In this document: one piece after another, positions 10,052 to 19,935 of the stretch
Position numbering within the stretch: the first letter of the stretch is position 1
How the letters are laid out: the number at the start of each line of letters is the position of its first letter
Source of the DNA: an uncultured Planctomycetota bacterium
GTDB taxonomy: Bacteria > Planctomycetota > Planctomycetia > Isosphaerales > Isosphaeraceae
Length of the DNA: 64,000 bases
Direction of reading: 5' to 3'
Assembly: GCA_963823665.1 (NCBI GenBank)
Contig: CAWGMQ010000008.1
Location: 416,001 to 480,000, forward strand
The notes under the pieces: generated by a model
Database searches by the model: none
Told to the model about the DNA's origin: nothing
What the model saw: the letters and a program-made list of their open reading frames with translations, nothing else
Program-made: the position numbers and the translations under genes

Positions 10052-11740
10052 ATGGCCGCAGCCAATGAGTCGCAAGGCCTCAAGATTGCCGTCGCGGTGT
10101 TCATCGCGCTGACGGTCATTCTCATGGTCTCGTCGTATTTTCTTTACACCAATGGCGTTTCGGAGGCAGCCCGAAACGATTCGGCGCAGGAGTCATTGCG
10201 AAAGGCCAAGGCGGCGCAGGATCTCGCGGTCAACCAGTATGACACGTTGCGAAACAAGATCGGCGTCAAGGCCAGTGAGATCGACCCGGTGAACGAAGAG
10301 ATCTCCGCCCAGATGAAGAAGATGGCCGAGCGGATCGGCGCAGCGCTCGAGCCGGTGAACACTGCGGTGCAGAAAGCCAAGCAGGCCAACTTGCAAGGAC
10401 CCGAGCTCGATGAGGCCCAGCAGAACGTGCAGAAAGGGGTCTCGTCATTCCAATCCGAGCCGAACAAGACCTATATGTCGGCGATCGAACGGATGGCGGA
10501 GATTTTCGAGAACATGTCGATGCTGACGACCGAGATGGCCCTCAATTACGTGAATCTCAGGCGTAGCCTCGAAGCGGCGACGAGCGTGGCCAAGGCGCAA
10601 GTGGACACACAGACCGGCGCGGCGAGCAAGGCCCATGCCGAGACGCTGGAGGAGACGAAGCGGCACGAAGAAGAGCGGAGCACGCTTTTGACCAAGGTGG
10701 ACCAGCTTCAAACCGCGCTCGACAAGGCACAGAACGAGCTGCTGGCGGCCAAGACCGAGATCACGCGGCAGGGCGAGGATTTCGCCCGGCAGCGCGAGAC
10801 GTTTCTGGCGATCCAGCGAGAGCTGCGAGACAAGAACGAGCGCAACAACGAGAACATCCTCGACCGGCCGGACGGCTACGTCACCTATGTCGACTACGAG
10901 ACCAAGGAAGTGCTGGTGAGCATCAACCGGCGGATGGGCGCCAGGCCGCAGATGAAAATGACAATCTTCGACGCACGGTCGCCGGGCATTCCGACCGAGA
11001 AGCCGAAGGGCAATATCGAGCTGACTTCGGTCGGCGAAACGAGCAGCCACGCTCGCATCACCAAGACCGACAGCTCGATCGACCCGATCCGGGTGGGAGA
11101 CATCGTCTACTCGCCGTCGTGGTCGCCGAACCAGCCGACGCGGTTTGCACTCGTGGGCAAGATGGACGTGAATCGCGACGGCAGGGACGACCGCCAAGAG
11201 CTGAAGCGGATGATCCTGGAATCCGGCGGTGTCGTCGACTATGATCTGCCGCCGGGCGACCTGGGCAAACCGATGGGCGCGGTCAATCCGCGAATCGACT
11301 GGTATGTGATCGACGACCGGCCGCCGTTCCGCGACATCTTCGCCAAGCAGTCCGACTCGGCGGTGGCGCAACAAGCCAGAGACCAGAAAGCCGTCTCGGA
11401 CGCGACGAAGGAATGCCGGTTGAACGGAATCCGGCCGATGAACATCGGAAAGCTCCTGGCTTATCTCGGCTACGACATGAATTCGCCGGTGCTGGGCCGG
11501 ACCGAGGTCTCCGACCCGAACGCAATGCGCCGGCTCACCGCGCCACGGCACACGATGGAGGCCCAGCCGAAGGCCGCTGCGCCGGCGACCAAGCCGGAAG
11601 CCGCGGACGAGATGAAGAAAGACGATGACGCTGCGGCGAAGAAGGACGACGCCGGGGATGACGACGAGCCCAAGCCCAAGGCGAAGGCCAAGGCGGCAGT
11701 GAAGAAGGCGGAGGCCAAAAAAGCCGCCGAGGACGAGTAG
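10052..11740 (+). CDS. Membrane-anchored coiled-coil hypothetical protein
   Basis: 562 aa with N-terminal TM helix, long coiled coil and K/A/D-rich tail. Confidence 0.75.
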   Translation: MAAANESQGLKIAVAVFIALTVILMVSSYFLYTNGVSEAARNDSAQESLRKAKAAQDLAVNQYDTLRNKIGVKASEIDPVNEEISAQMKKMAERIGAALEPVNTAVQKAKQANLQGPELDEAQQNVQKGVSSFQSEPNKTYMSAIERMAEIFENMSMLTTEMALNYVNLRRSLEAATSVAKAQVDTQTGAASKAHAETLEETKRHEEERSTLLTKVDQLQTALDKAQNELLAAKTEITRQGEDFARQRETFLAIQRELRDKNERNNENILDRPDGYVTYVDYETKEVLVSINRRMGARPQMKMTIFDARSPGIPTEKPKGNIELTSVGETSSHARITKTDSSIDPIRVGDIVYSPSWSPNQPTRFALVGKMDVNRDGRDDRQELKRMILESGGVVDYDLPPGDLGKPMGAVNPRIDWYVIDDRPPFRDIFAKQSDSAVAQQARDQKAVSDATKECRLNGIRPMNIGKLLAYLGYDMNSPVLGRTEVSDPNAMRRLTAPRHTMEAQPKAAAPATKPEAADEMKKDDDAAAKKDDAGDDDEPKPKAKAKAAVKKAEAKKAAEDE

Positions 11741-11804
11741 CGGGCGGGGCAGGCGGCAGTTGCGGAAATGGGATTCACTTCCGGCAATCGACGGCGGGCC
11801 AGCC

Positions 11805-11849
11805 GCAGAGCGGCACGAAACTCGTTCCCACGCAAAGCGTGGGAACGAG
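11805..11849. repeat. REP-like palindrome between convergent genes
   Basis: Hairpin CTCGTTCCCACGC-AAA-GCGTGGGAACGAG (11821-11849) preceded by GCAGAGCGGC. Confidence 0.75.
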
Positions 11850-11931
11850 TGTCTTCGCGCTCAGCGGTTTGAGGAAAGTCGGGAAGCCAGCGCTTCCGTG
11901 ATCGCACGCAGTCGGTCACCGGGTGTGCTGT

Positions 11932-13084
11932 TCACCGATTGTTGATTGGCTTCACCGCACGGTGAGGGGGGCCGATATAGCGCGCCCGCGGCCGCATCAA
12001 TCGGTTGTGGTCGAGCTGCTCGATGACGTGGGCTGCCCAGCCAGCGACGCGCGCCATTGCGAAGATCGGCGTGTAGAGGTCGGTGTCGAGCCCCATGTAG
12101 TGATAGAGTCGTGCGCTCGGCCAATCGACATTGGGCGGGAGGTGCTTCTGCGTCGTCACGACTCGCTCGATGGGCTCGGCCATTCTTTCCCAGCGGTCGT
12201 CGCCGATTTCGTTGGCGAGCTCGATGCAGTAGGGCGTGAGAATCGCGGTGCGCGGGTCGCCTTTCTTGTACACGCGGTGTCCGAACCCCATGATTCGCTC
12301 TTTGCGTGCAAGGGCCGCCTGGATCCATTTCTCCGCATTCTCGGGGGAGCCGACTTGCTCGAGCAGCTTCCACGCTTCTTCATTGGCACCGCCGTGCAAG
12401 CGGGCCCTTGAGCGTGCCGATGGCGGCGACGATGCCGGAATAGATGTCAGAAAGCGTGGAAACGGTGACTCTCGCCGAAAAGGTTGAGGCGTTGAGCTCG
12501 TGCTCGGTATAGAGGACCATCGAGAGGTCGAACGCCTCGCGCATGGTCTCGGACGGCACCTTGCCGTTGACCATGTTGAGGAAGTTGGCGGCATGATCGA
12601 GATCGGCTCGGGGCTCGATCACGGGCAGGCCTTTGACAATCCGCTCGCGAAAGGCGACGGCGGTGGCCATCTGGGCGAGCAGACGCTCGGCCTTGCGGAC
12701 GTTGGCGGCATGATCCAGGGGCGAAGCGTTGCAATCGGGATCGAAATGAGCCAGCACACTCACCGAGCTGCGCAGAACGTCCATGGGATGGACGTTCTTG
12801 GGAATCTGACCGTAGAGGGCGACGAGCGGCTCTGGAATCGCTCGACTGCGTCTGAGTCGAGCGTCGAACTCGCTCAACTGTGCGCGGGTCGGGAGATCGC
12901 CGTGCAGGAGCAGGAAGGCAGTTTCCTCGTAGGAGACGTGACCGGCGAGGTCTTCGATCCGGTAGCCTCGGTACTCGAGGCCGCCGGCGCCGTCGGTCCC
13001 CTCGATATTGGCGATGGCCGTTTCATTCGCAATGACGCCTTCCAGGCCAGGACGATAATCGTCCGCCGCAGACACGCCGCTCAT
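11932..13084 (-). CDS. Citrate synthase / 2-methylcitrate synthase; frameshift near 12400
   Basis: 'GLEGVIA', 'LEYRGY', 'EHELNASTF', 'KGPL/HGGANE', 'MGFGHRVY', 'PNVD' split over ORFs 12380..13141 and 11932..12594. Confidence 0.9.
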
Positions 13085-13246
13085 ATCGGAACTCCACAGA
13101 AATTTGATCGCCACGGCAGCACAAGCGGTCGAGAACCACACGACCGGCCGGGATGAGCAAGGATCGGGCCCTCGCTCGCGAGCAACGCCCGATTTCTTCC
13201 GAGTCTATTCCGCCAGTCTAGACGAATCGGCCCGAGTGTTCCATGA

Positions 13247-13780
13247 CTAAGTTGTGTCCTCGGGGCTCGGAAAGTCATCGCTTGCCGATTGGGCAGAGGG
13301 CAAGGAGAGAAGGCGCACGGCGAGGGAGTCGATCAGCCCGAAGAACTGGCGCAGCGACTCGACGCGTGCCTGCACTTGGGCCATGTCCGGGCGAGCCTGG
13401 GCGAGGCGCACCGTGCGATCGAGCACTTCGAGACTGGGATCGAGCTCACGCCGCTTGCGTTCGGAGAGGATCCTTGCGAAACAGTGTCCAGACATCGGTC
13501 TCGGCGCGGAACAACTCGCGGCGCTCACCGGGGCGATGGACCCGGTGTACGACTCCCCAGGCGAGCAGCTCGCGCAGGTTCATGCTGACATTACCGCGCG
13601 AGACCCCGCAGTGTTTTGCGGAGATCGTCGGCCGTCCAGTCGGTACCGGTGATGTAGAGCAAGGCGAACAGCTCGCCCATGCTGGAATTGATGCCCCAGG
13701 TGCGAGCCATCAGGCCCCAGTGCGCGACGAAGTCGTCGATGAGAGAATCCGAAGGAGCCGGGGCCTGCTCGGCTCGTGAT
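13247..13780 (-). CDS. GbsR/MarR-family transcriptional regulator, frameshifted (start approximate)
   Basis: Manual reading across frames gives 'FVAHWGLMARTWGINSSMGELFALLY...SRGNVSMNLRELLAWGVV...ERRELFRAETDVW...ERKRRELDP'. Confidence 0.75.
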
Positions 13781-14054
13781 CGTGCGCGCCCGGGATTCCT
13801 CCTTGGAAGCGTTCAACGGGGGACTCCGGCTTAATATGGGATCGATGTCTGCAGCGGGGAGTGATTGTACGGGTTGCATGCGTGGTTCGCCGATCAAACC
13901 GTATCATTTCCGAGAAAATAATGAAAGTTCGCGTCTTGATTTTCGGGTACAATAAGATTGCATGCCCCGATTCGCGTACGCACGGAGCCGGGCCAGGTCC
14001 CCGGCAGATCGCTTGGTGGTCCGGGGTAGATTTTTGATCTGAGGAGACGCTGCA

Positions 14055-14219
14055 ATGCCTGAAACCGTGGTTCACTTCCAGATTCGCATGCCTCCGGTGC
14101 TGCACGAGCAACTGGCGAGCTGGGCGAAGGAAGACAAAGCTTCCTTGAACGCCCTGATCGTCGGCATCCTCGAAGACGCCATCAAGGTGCACGAGAAGTC
14201 CGTCGCACATAAGGAGTGA
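14055..14219 (+). CDS. Small Arc/ribbon-helix-helix-like protein (54 aa)
   Basis: GAGGAG RBS; MPETVVHFQIRMPPVLHEQLASWAKEDKASLNALIVGILEDAIK...; below the ORF-track length cutoff. Confidence 0.7.
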   Translation: MPETVVHFQIRMPPVLHEQLASWAKEDKASLNALIVGILEDAIKVHEKSVAHKE

Positions 14220-14418
14220 TCGGACCGGCCCTACCGGTCTCGTCCGCAAACCGGGCTCAGGGTCGTTCTGTCGTCCCCTGCCAAGAGGCCGCTCCGTGCG
14301 AGCGGTCCCGATCGCTGACCCGAAGAAGCACGCGAGAAGCTCGCCCACCGGTGCGAACGGGACAGGACCGAGTGACCTTGAGCGAGGGCAGCCGCGCCGG
14401 TATGCTCGAAGTACTCTT

Positions 14419-14490
14419 TCCCCGATAGCTCAATGGTAGAGCGAGCGGCTGTTAACCGCTAGGTTCAAGGTTCGAGTCCTTGTCGGGGAG
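14419..14490 (+). tRNA. tRNA-Asn (GTT)
   Basis: Cloverleaf: acceptor TCCCCGA/TCGGGGA, D-arm GCTC/GAGC, anticodon arm AGCGG-CTGTTAA-CCGCT, T-arm CAAGG-TTCGAGT-CCTTG. Confidence 0.97.
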
Positions 14491-14673
14491 TTTCATGCAT
14501 GGCTCGATGCCACTGAGTACTCCATTTCTCGCGTGTTCGAGCTCGAATTCGTGCGGCAAATCCGGTCTCGGCCGTGCGACAGGGCGCGCCGGAAGGGATC
14601 TGGCGGCAGAACCCGGCCAGGTGAACGCTTGCGTGACAGCTTAAGAAAGCTTGCCGCGTGGGCGTGAAGGTCG

Positions 14674-16785
14674 CTATTCCGAGACGAGGATAATGGTTGC
14701 GTGGGATTCGACGCGATAGCGTTCGAGTACGGGCACGAGTGGCCCTTGGTCGTCGTCGACGATGTCGTCGGGGGCGGGAAGCGCGGTGTCGAGCTTGCGG
14801 CGCCAGGGGCGGCCTGAGGGGGCGGCGGGGATTTTGAACTCGAGCGGACGCACGTAGGCGTTCATGGCCACGTAGATGTCGCGATCGACGAAATTCGGGC
14901 GGTCGGTGCAGCGGCCGTCGAGGGCGAACGCGAGCGAGTGGCTGTTGTAGGAGAAGTCGGGTTTGGCGGGCTCGACGCCATGCCAGACGATTTCCGGAGG
15001 GAGGCCGCCTCGGTCTCCGCTGAAGAACGTTCGCCGGCGCAAGGTGGGGTGAGCTTTCCGGAAGGCGATCAACATTTTCACGAAGCGAAGGAAGTCGGCG
15101 TTTTGCTGCCGGAGGGCCCAGTCGACCCAGCTCAAGGAATTGTCCTGGCACCATGCGTTGTTATTGCCGTGCTGGGTGCGGAGGAACTCATCGCCGCCCA
15201 TGATCATCGGCACGCCCTGAGAGACCATCAGCGTTGTGAGCAGGTTCCGCACCTGACGGCGCCTTAGCGCAACGACTTTTGGGTCGTCGGTCGGACCCTC
15301 GGCGCCACAGTTCCAGGACCAGTTCGCGTCGCTGCCGTCACGGTTTCCTTCGCCGTTGGCTTCATTGTGCTTGTAGTTGTAGGAGACGAGGTCGTAGAGG
15401 GTGAATCCGTCGTGGCAGCAGAGGAAGTTGATCGAGTGAAGCGGACCGCGGCCGTGGAAGAGGTCGTCGCTGCCGCAGAGCCTGGTGGCGAGCGAGGTGG
15501 TCATGTCGGGGTCGCCGCGCCAGAATTTTCGGACGTCGTCGCGATAGCGGCCGTTCCAGTCGGCCCAGCGGCCCTCGCCGGGGAAGGTGCCGACCTGGTA
15601 GAGACCGGCGGCATCCCAGGGCTCGGCGATCAACTTGACGTCGCGAAGGAGCGAGTCTTCCGAGATGCGAGTGATCACGGGGGGCTCAAGGATCACGTTG
15701 CCGTGACGGTCACGGCCGAAGACCGAGGCCAGATCGAACCGGAATCCGTCGACCCCTCCCTCGACGACCCAGTTCCGCAGACATTCGAGCAGGTAATTGC
15801 GGACGTTGGGGTGGTCGCTGGAAAAGGTATTTCCGCAGCCGCTATAGTTCAAGTACCGACCTTTGTCGTCGAGCATGTAGTAAAGGGTGTTGTCGATGCC
15901 TTTAAAACTCAAAGTCGGCCCGCCTTCGCCTCCCTCGGCCGTGTGATTGAAGACGACGTCGAGGATGACTTCGATTCCGGTCGAGTGGAACGCGTCGACC
16001 ATCTGGCAGAACTCGTGCCAGGGGGCGTAGCGCTCGGGATTGTTGGAATAAGCCGCCTTGGGCGCGCAGAAGAGAACCGGGTTGTAACCCCAGAAGTTGC
16101 GGAGCCTCTCGCCGGTGAGCGGATTGACGAAGTGGCAGTCGTTTTCGTCGAACTCGTCGACGGGGAGCAATTCGACGGTGGTGATTCCCAGGTCGGCGAG
16201 CTCGCCGGCTTTCTCAGCTAACCCGGCGTAGGTTCCGGGATAGTGCACGCCGGAGCTGGGGTCGATCGTATAGCCGCGCACGTGCAGCTCGTAGATGATC
16301 ATGTCTTCCCGAGGCGTGCGCGGGCCGTCGACGCGGGGCCGCTCGATCATCGATTCGGTCATCAGGCAGCGGCGGGGGAGGCTGCCGGAGAGCCCCCATG
16401 GGCGACCGCATGAAAGCGCCCGCGAGTAGGGGTCGTGCAAGATGAACCGCGTGTCGAAGCGATGGCCGTTGTCCTTGGGCCCGTCGACGCGATAGCCGTA
16501 ACAGAATTCTGCGGGAAGGCCGTCGACGCGGACGTGCCAGTGGTCGCCGGTGCGATTGTGGAGCGGGTCGAGCGGGATCTCGGCGTGGATCTCGCCGTCG
16601 CAGGGTTCCGACAGGATGAGCCAGACGTCCGTCCCATGCCGGCAGAGCAGGACGAAATTGATACCGGCGGGGGTGGCGACGGCGCCCGCTGGGAGCGGGC
16701 TACCGCGGGTCACGATGAGCGGATTGTCGCGATAGCTGTATTCGAGGCGATTGACGTCCTTGGTTTTTTCGGTCACGTTCAGCAT
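14674..16785 (-). CDS. glgX: Glycogen debranching enzyme (GH13)
   Basis: 'IYELHVRG', 'NFWGYNP', 'DVVFNHTAEG', 'DGFRFDLAS', 'IAEPWD', 'HDGFTL'. Confidence 0.93.
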   Translation of the reverse strand: MLNVTEKTKDVNRLEYSYRDNPLIVTRGSPLPAGAVATPAGINFVLLCRHGTDVWLILSEPCDGEIHAEIPLDPLHNRTGDHWHVRVDGLPAEFCYGYRVDGPKDNGHRFDTRFILHDPYSRALSCGRPWGLSGSLPRRCLMTESMIERPRVDGPRTPREDMIIYELHVRGYTIDPSSGVHYPGTYAGLAEKAGELADLGITTVELLPVDEFDENDCHFVNPLTGERLRNFWGYNPVLFCAPKAAYSNNPERYAPWHEFCQMVDAFHSTGIEVILDVVFNHTAEGGEGGPTLSFKGIDNTLYYMLDDKGRYLNYSGCGNTFSSDHPNVRNYLLECLRNWVVEGGVDGFRFDLASVFGRDRHGNVILEPPVITRISEDSLLRDVKLIAEPWDAAGLYQVGTFPGEGRWADWNGRYRDDVRKFWRGDPDMTTSLATRLCGSDDLFHGRGPLHSINFLCCHDGFTLYDLVSYNYKHNEANGEGNRDGSDANWSWNCGAEGPTDDPKVVALRRRQVRNLLTTLMVSQGVPMIMGGDEFLRTQHGNNNAWCQDNSLSWVDWALRQQNADFLRFVKMLIAFRKAHPTLRRRTFFSGDRGGLPPEIVWHGVEPAKPDFSYNSHSLAFALDGRCTDRPNFVDRDIYVAMNAYVRPLEFKIPAAPSGRPWRRKLDTALPAPDDIVDDDQGPLVPVLERYRVESHATIILVSE

Positions 16786-17063
16786 TTCGATCTTCGCGCC
16801 GGTGCGAGGGAAGGATTCATATGGCGGTGGGAATCTCTCGCTGCCGATTTTCGTGGGGGGGTATCGCGGAGTCAAGTAGTTGACGGGCAGGTCTCCTCGA
16901 GGCGAGCCTCCCATCCAAGCCGGCGCTCACCTTGAAAGCGCTCTTGCGGCGGACGATAATCGGCTCTGGCTATTCGTCGCTGCCGCCTGGATGCGGCGAG
17001 GGATCGCTCGCGGCAATCTGGAGGTTTGGTCTCATCGTTTCCTTCGATCAGAGGGGGCTATCG

Positions 17064-17480
17064 ATGGACGCCGATCCGATTCCGACGGAATTCGCCATTC
17101 GGAAACCGTGCCCCACGGACTGGGAGCGCATGGTCGGGGATGATCGTAGGAGATTCTGTGGGGAATGTGGGAAGCACGTTTACAACCTCACGGCAATGAG
17201 CCCCGACGAGGCGGCATCGATCGTCGCAGGCGTCCGCGACGGGGGCGAACGAAGGTGCGTTCGGCTTTACCAGCGGCAAGATGGCTCGCTGTCGCTATCG
17301 AATTGTCAGCCTCCGGGGGCACGAAGCGCGGGAGGAGCCTGGCAGTTCACGATCCGATCGCTCATGGCCGTGATCGCCGGCTGTGCGGCGTTACTGGGAC
17401 TGGCAAAGTGGATTGCGCCGGAATTCAAGCAGCCGCCGCCGACCCTTAATTCTCAAGTCATCACGGGTGACGTGTATTGA
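17064..17480 (+). CDS. Hypothetical protein with Cys-rich domain and C-terminal TM helix
   Basis: 'PCPTDWERMVGDDRRRFCGECGKHVYNL...C.RLY'; hydrophobic 'FTIRSLMAVIAGCAALLGL'. Confidence 0.7.
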   Translation: MDADPIPTEFAIRKPCPTDWERMVGDDRRRFCGECGKHVYNLTAMSPDEAASIVAGVRDGGERRCVRLYQRQDGSLSLSNCQPPGARSAGGAWQFTIRSLMAVIAGCAALLGLAKWIAPEFKQPPPTLNSQVITGDVY

Positions 17481-17485
17481 TTGTT

Positions 17486-17782
17486 ATGCTGTACATGGTG
17501 GTCGAACGATTCAAGCCGGGTGCCGCGGTCGAGGTTTATCGGCGTGCGCGCGAGCAGGGGCGGTTGTTGCCCGACGGATTACTGTATGTTTCGAGTTGGG
17601 TCGACCTCGATTTCACGACGTGTTTTCAGATCATGGAGACCGAGGACGCGGGACTGTTTGAGCAATGGATGAAGAAGTGGGATGATCTTGTTGAGTTCGA
17701 GGTTGTTCCGGTTCGAACATCGGCCGAGGCGAACGAGCTTGCCCCGAGAATCGCGCGGATTTCTGGAGGCGATGGTCGGTGA
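17486..17782 (+). CDS. DUF3303-like protein
   Basis: 'MLYMVVERF...GRLLPDGLLYVSSWV...CFQIME...WDDLVEFEVVPV'. Confidence 0.75.
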   Translation: MLYMVVERFKPGAAVEVYRRAREQGRLLPDGLLYVSSWVDLDFTTCFQIMETEDAGLFEQWMKKWDDLVEFEVVPVRTSAEANELAPRIARISGGDGR

Positions 17783-18725
17783 TGGCCGCCCCCTGATCTC
17801 GCTCACGGGGCTGTGCCTGGCGCTTGCGGGGGTGTTTGCGCTCTTTCAATCCGCGACCGGTCATTTTCTGCCGCACGACACCGAGTTCCTCCGGATGGCG
17901 CCGGAGGACCTGTGCAGCATTAATGAATGCCGGATCGTGCACTTCATGTTTCACGATCGCGTGAGCTTCGGCGGCTCGCTGATTGCGATCGGCGTCATCT
18001 ATTTGTGGCTGGCGGCCTTTCCGCTTGAAGCCGGGGAAGCGTGGGCCTGGTGGGCGCTCGTTGTCAGCGGCGTGGTGGGCTTTGGCAGTTTTCTCACGTA
18101 TCTGGGGTATGGATATCTCGACACGTGGCATGGTGCCGCGACGCTTGGGCTGCTGCCGTGCTTTGGCGGCGGAGTGTGGCTGGTGCGGCGGTCGATCGCA
18201 ACCAGCGCGGCATCCAGCGGCGCTGGCGCGTCGTGGCGCTCGCTTTTGCGGCCGGGAGCCACGATGGACTGGTGGTCAACGGCGGGCGTAGGCCGGATGT
18301 GCCTGTTAATCGCCGCGCTAGGCCTCGTTGGCGCGGGCTTCACGATCCAGACGATCGGGGTGACTCGTGTGTTTGTGCCGACGGACCTGGCGTTCATGGG
18401 GCTCTCCCGGGATCAACTCGGCGCGATCAATCCACGTCTCGTGCCGCTGATCGCGCACGACCGCGCGGGGTTTGGCGGCGGTGTTGCCACGGCGGGGCTC
18501 CTCGTGCTGGCGTGCGTCTGGTGCTCCCGACCTTCGCGATCGCTCTGGCAGGCCTTGTTGCTCGCCGGACTCGCCGGCTGGACGACGGCAATCGGAATCC
18601 ATCCGATCATCGGTTATGTCGATGCCGGGCATCTCGCACCGGCGGTGGTCGGCGCAATGCTGTTTTTCGTCGGGCTCGGGCTTTCGTGGTCGTCGATGTG
18701 CGGCAGGAGCCGGGCGGAGAGTTAA
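17772..18725 (+). CDS. Multi-pass membrane protein with internal two-fold repeat (start uncertain)
   Basis: Many TM segments; paired motifs 'FLPHD...HDRVSFGG' and 'FVPTD...HDRAGFGG'. Confidence 0.75.
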   Translation: MVGDGRPLISLTGLCLALAGVFALFQSATGHFLPHDTEFLRMAPEDLCSINECRIVHFMFHDRVSFGGSLIAIGVIYLWLAAFPLEAGEAWAWWALVVSGVVGFGSFLTYLGYGYLDTWHGAATLGLLPCFGGGVWLVRRSIATSAASSGAGASWRSLLRPGATMDWWSTAGVGRMCLLIAALGLVGAGFTIQTIGVTRVFVPTDLAFMGLSRDQLGAINPRLVPLIAHDRAGFGGGVATAGLLVLACVWCSRPSRSLWQALLLAGLAGWTTAIGIHPIIGYVDAGHLAPAVVGAMLFFVGLGLSWSSMCGRSRAES

Positions 18726-18728
18726 CTC

Positions 18729-19592
18729 ATGCACAATGGCGCGAATCATTCGCCTGGTCACGACCTGCCGACGCTCGGCCAGCTCGGCGGCGATCTGCTC
18801 GATGTCACGCCCTTGCAGGTGATCTGGACTCTGGCGCTGCCGTTGGTTGCGATGGGATGCTACGCGATTTTTGCGTGGTGGCGCGTCTGGCCGCTGGCGG
18901 TTGCCTCGGTGATGATGCTCTCGTTTGTGACGTACGGCTCGACCTCACACGACCTCGTTCACCGCACGCTGGGCCTGCCGCGCCGGTTGAATGACTTTTT
19001 ACTCAGCTTGATCGAGCTGCTCTCGCTGCGCAGCGGCACGGCCTATCGTCTTTCGCATCTGAATCATCATCGGCTTCTTCTCGGCGATGGGGATATCGAA
19101 GGCGAGACGGCACGTGGCTCGCTCTTGAGTGCCGTTTCCAGCGGGCCGACCTTGCAGGTTCGACTCTGGGTCTGGGCGTGGCAGCGGTACAAGCCGATGC
19201 GGCCGCGGCTGTTGATCGAAGGGATCGGGATCGTGCTGTTGATCGTCATGGCCATCTTTGCGCTGCGGTTGGGTCCGGGGCCGCTGGTTTATGTCGTGCT
19301 CGTCATCGGAGGGAGCTGGTTGTTTCCGCTGATCACGGTTTACATTCCACATGATGGACGTGCGGAAGGGCCGCTGGCCCAGACTCGTCTCTTTCGCGGA
19401 CGGCTTGTTCAGTTGATTGCCTTCGAGCATCTTTATCATCTCGAGCATCATCTTTATCCGGCCGTGCCCCATCATCAATGGAAAGAGTTGGCGCGGCGGC
19501 TGGACCCGCATTTTGCGCGTGTGGGAGTGAAGCCGCACCGGTGGCTGCGTAGGGGTGCGGCCGAAGGGGACACTGCGCGAGGTGGTTCCTGA
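18729..19592 (+). CDS. Fatty acid desaturase family protein
   Basis: His boxes HDLVH, HLNHH, HLEHH plus TM segments. Confidence 0.88.
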   Translation: MHNGANHSPGHDLPTLGQLGGDLLDVTPLQVIWTLALPLVAMGCYAIFAWWRVWPLAVASVMMLSFVTYGSTSHDLVHRTLGLPRRLNDFLLSLIELLSLRSGTAYRLSHLNHHRLLLGDGDIEGETARGSLLSAVSSGPTLQVRLWVWAWQRYKPMRPRLLIEGIGIVLLIVMAIFALRLGPGPLVYVVLVIGGSWLFPLITVYIPHDGRAEGPLAQTRLFRGRLVQLIAFEHLYHLEHHLYPAVPHHQWKELARRLDPHFARVGVKPHRWLRRGAAEGDTARGGS

Positions 19593-19613
19593 TCTTTGCT
19601 AATCTCGCGATCT

Positions 19614-19636
19614 GGTCCGCAACGGCGGACCCTACG
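19614..19636 (-). repeat. GTAG-type REP
   Basis: Minus strand GTAG-GGTCCGC-CGTT-GCGGACC. Confidence 0.65.
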
Positions 19637-19742
19637 GCTCAGATCCGGTCCGCATGAGAAGAAGTGCGGGCCGAAGCTTGGGCGGTCCTCCCGCGAACTG
19701 GGGGAGTGGTACAAGGACGATTTCGCCGGGGCTGAAGCTCAT
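19632..19742 (-). pseudogene. Truncated PemK/MazF-like toxin N-terminus
   Basis: MSFSPGEIVLVPLPQFAGGPPKLRPALLL then an early stop at a REP; ATGA overlap with the upstream ORF. Confidence 0.6.
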
Positions 19743-19935
19743 GGCTTGCGGCTCGGGCGTAGGTCAGCCTCGCTGTAATCGGGCTCGTTGCCGTCGTAAG
19801 CCCGCGCGAGCTGTTCTTGCCCGAACCTCGACCACTCTTGCCGGTCCTGCTCCATGGCGAGAAATCGGGCGAAGTCGATCAACTGGCGGACCCGCTCCTC
19901 CGAGAGCCCATCCACGATCGGCTCGAGACGGCGGT
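19739..19935 (-). pseudogene. Putative antitoxin-like small protein, 5' end missing
   Basis: 'LEPIVDGLSEERVRQLIDFARFL...LARAYDGNEPDYSEADL'; coupled to the PemK fragment; no clear start codon. Confidence 0.5.

Noticed and set aside
14419..14680. Integration at tRNA-Asn
   Set aside because: No integrase nearby, and I found no duplicate of its 3' end in the window
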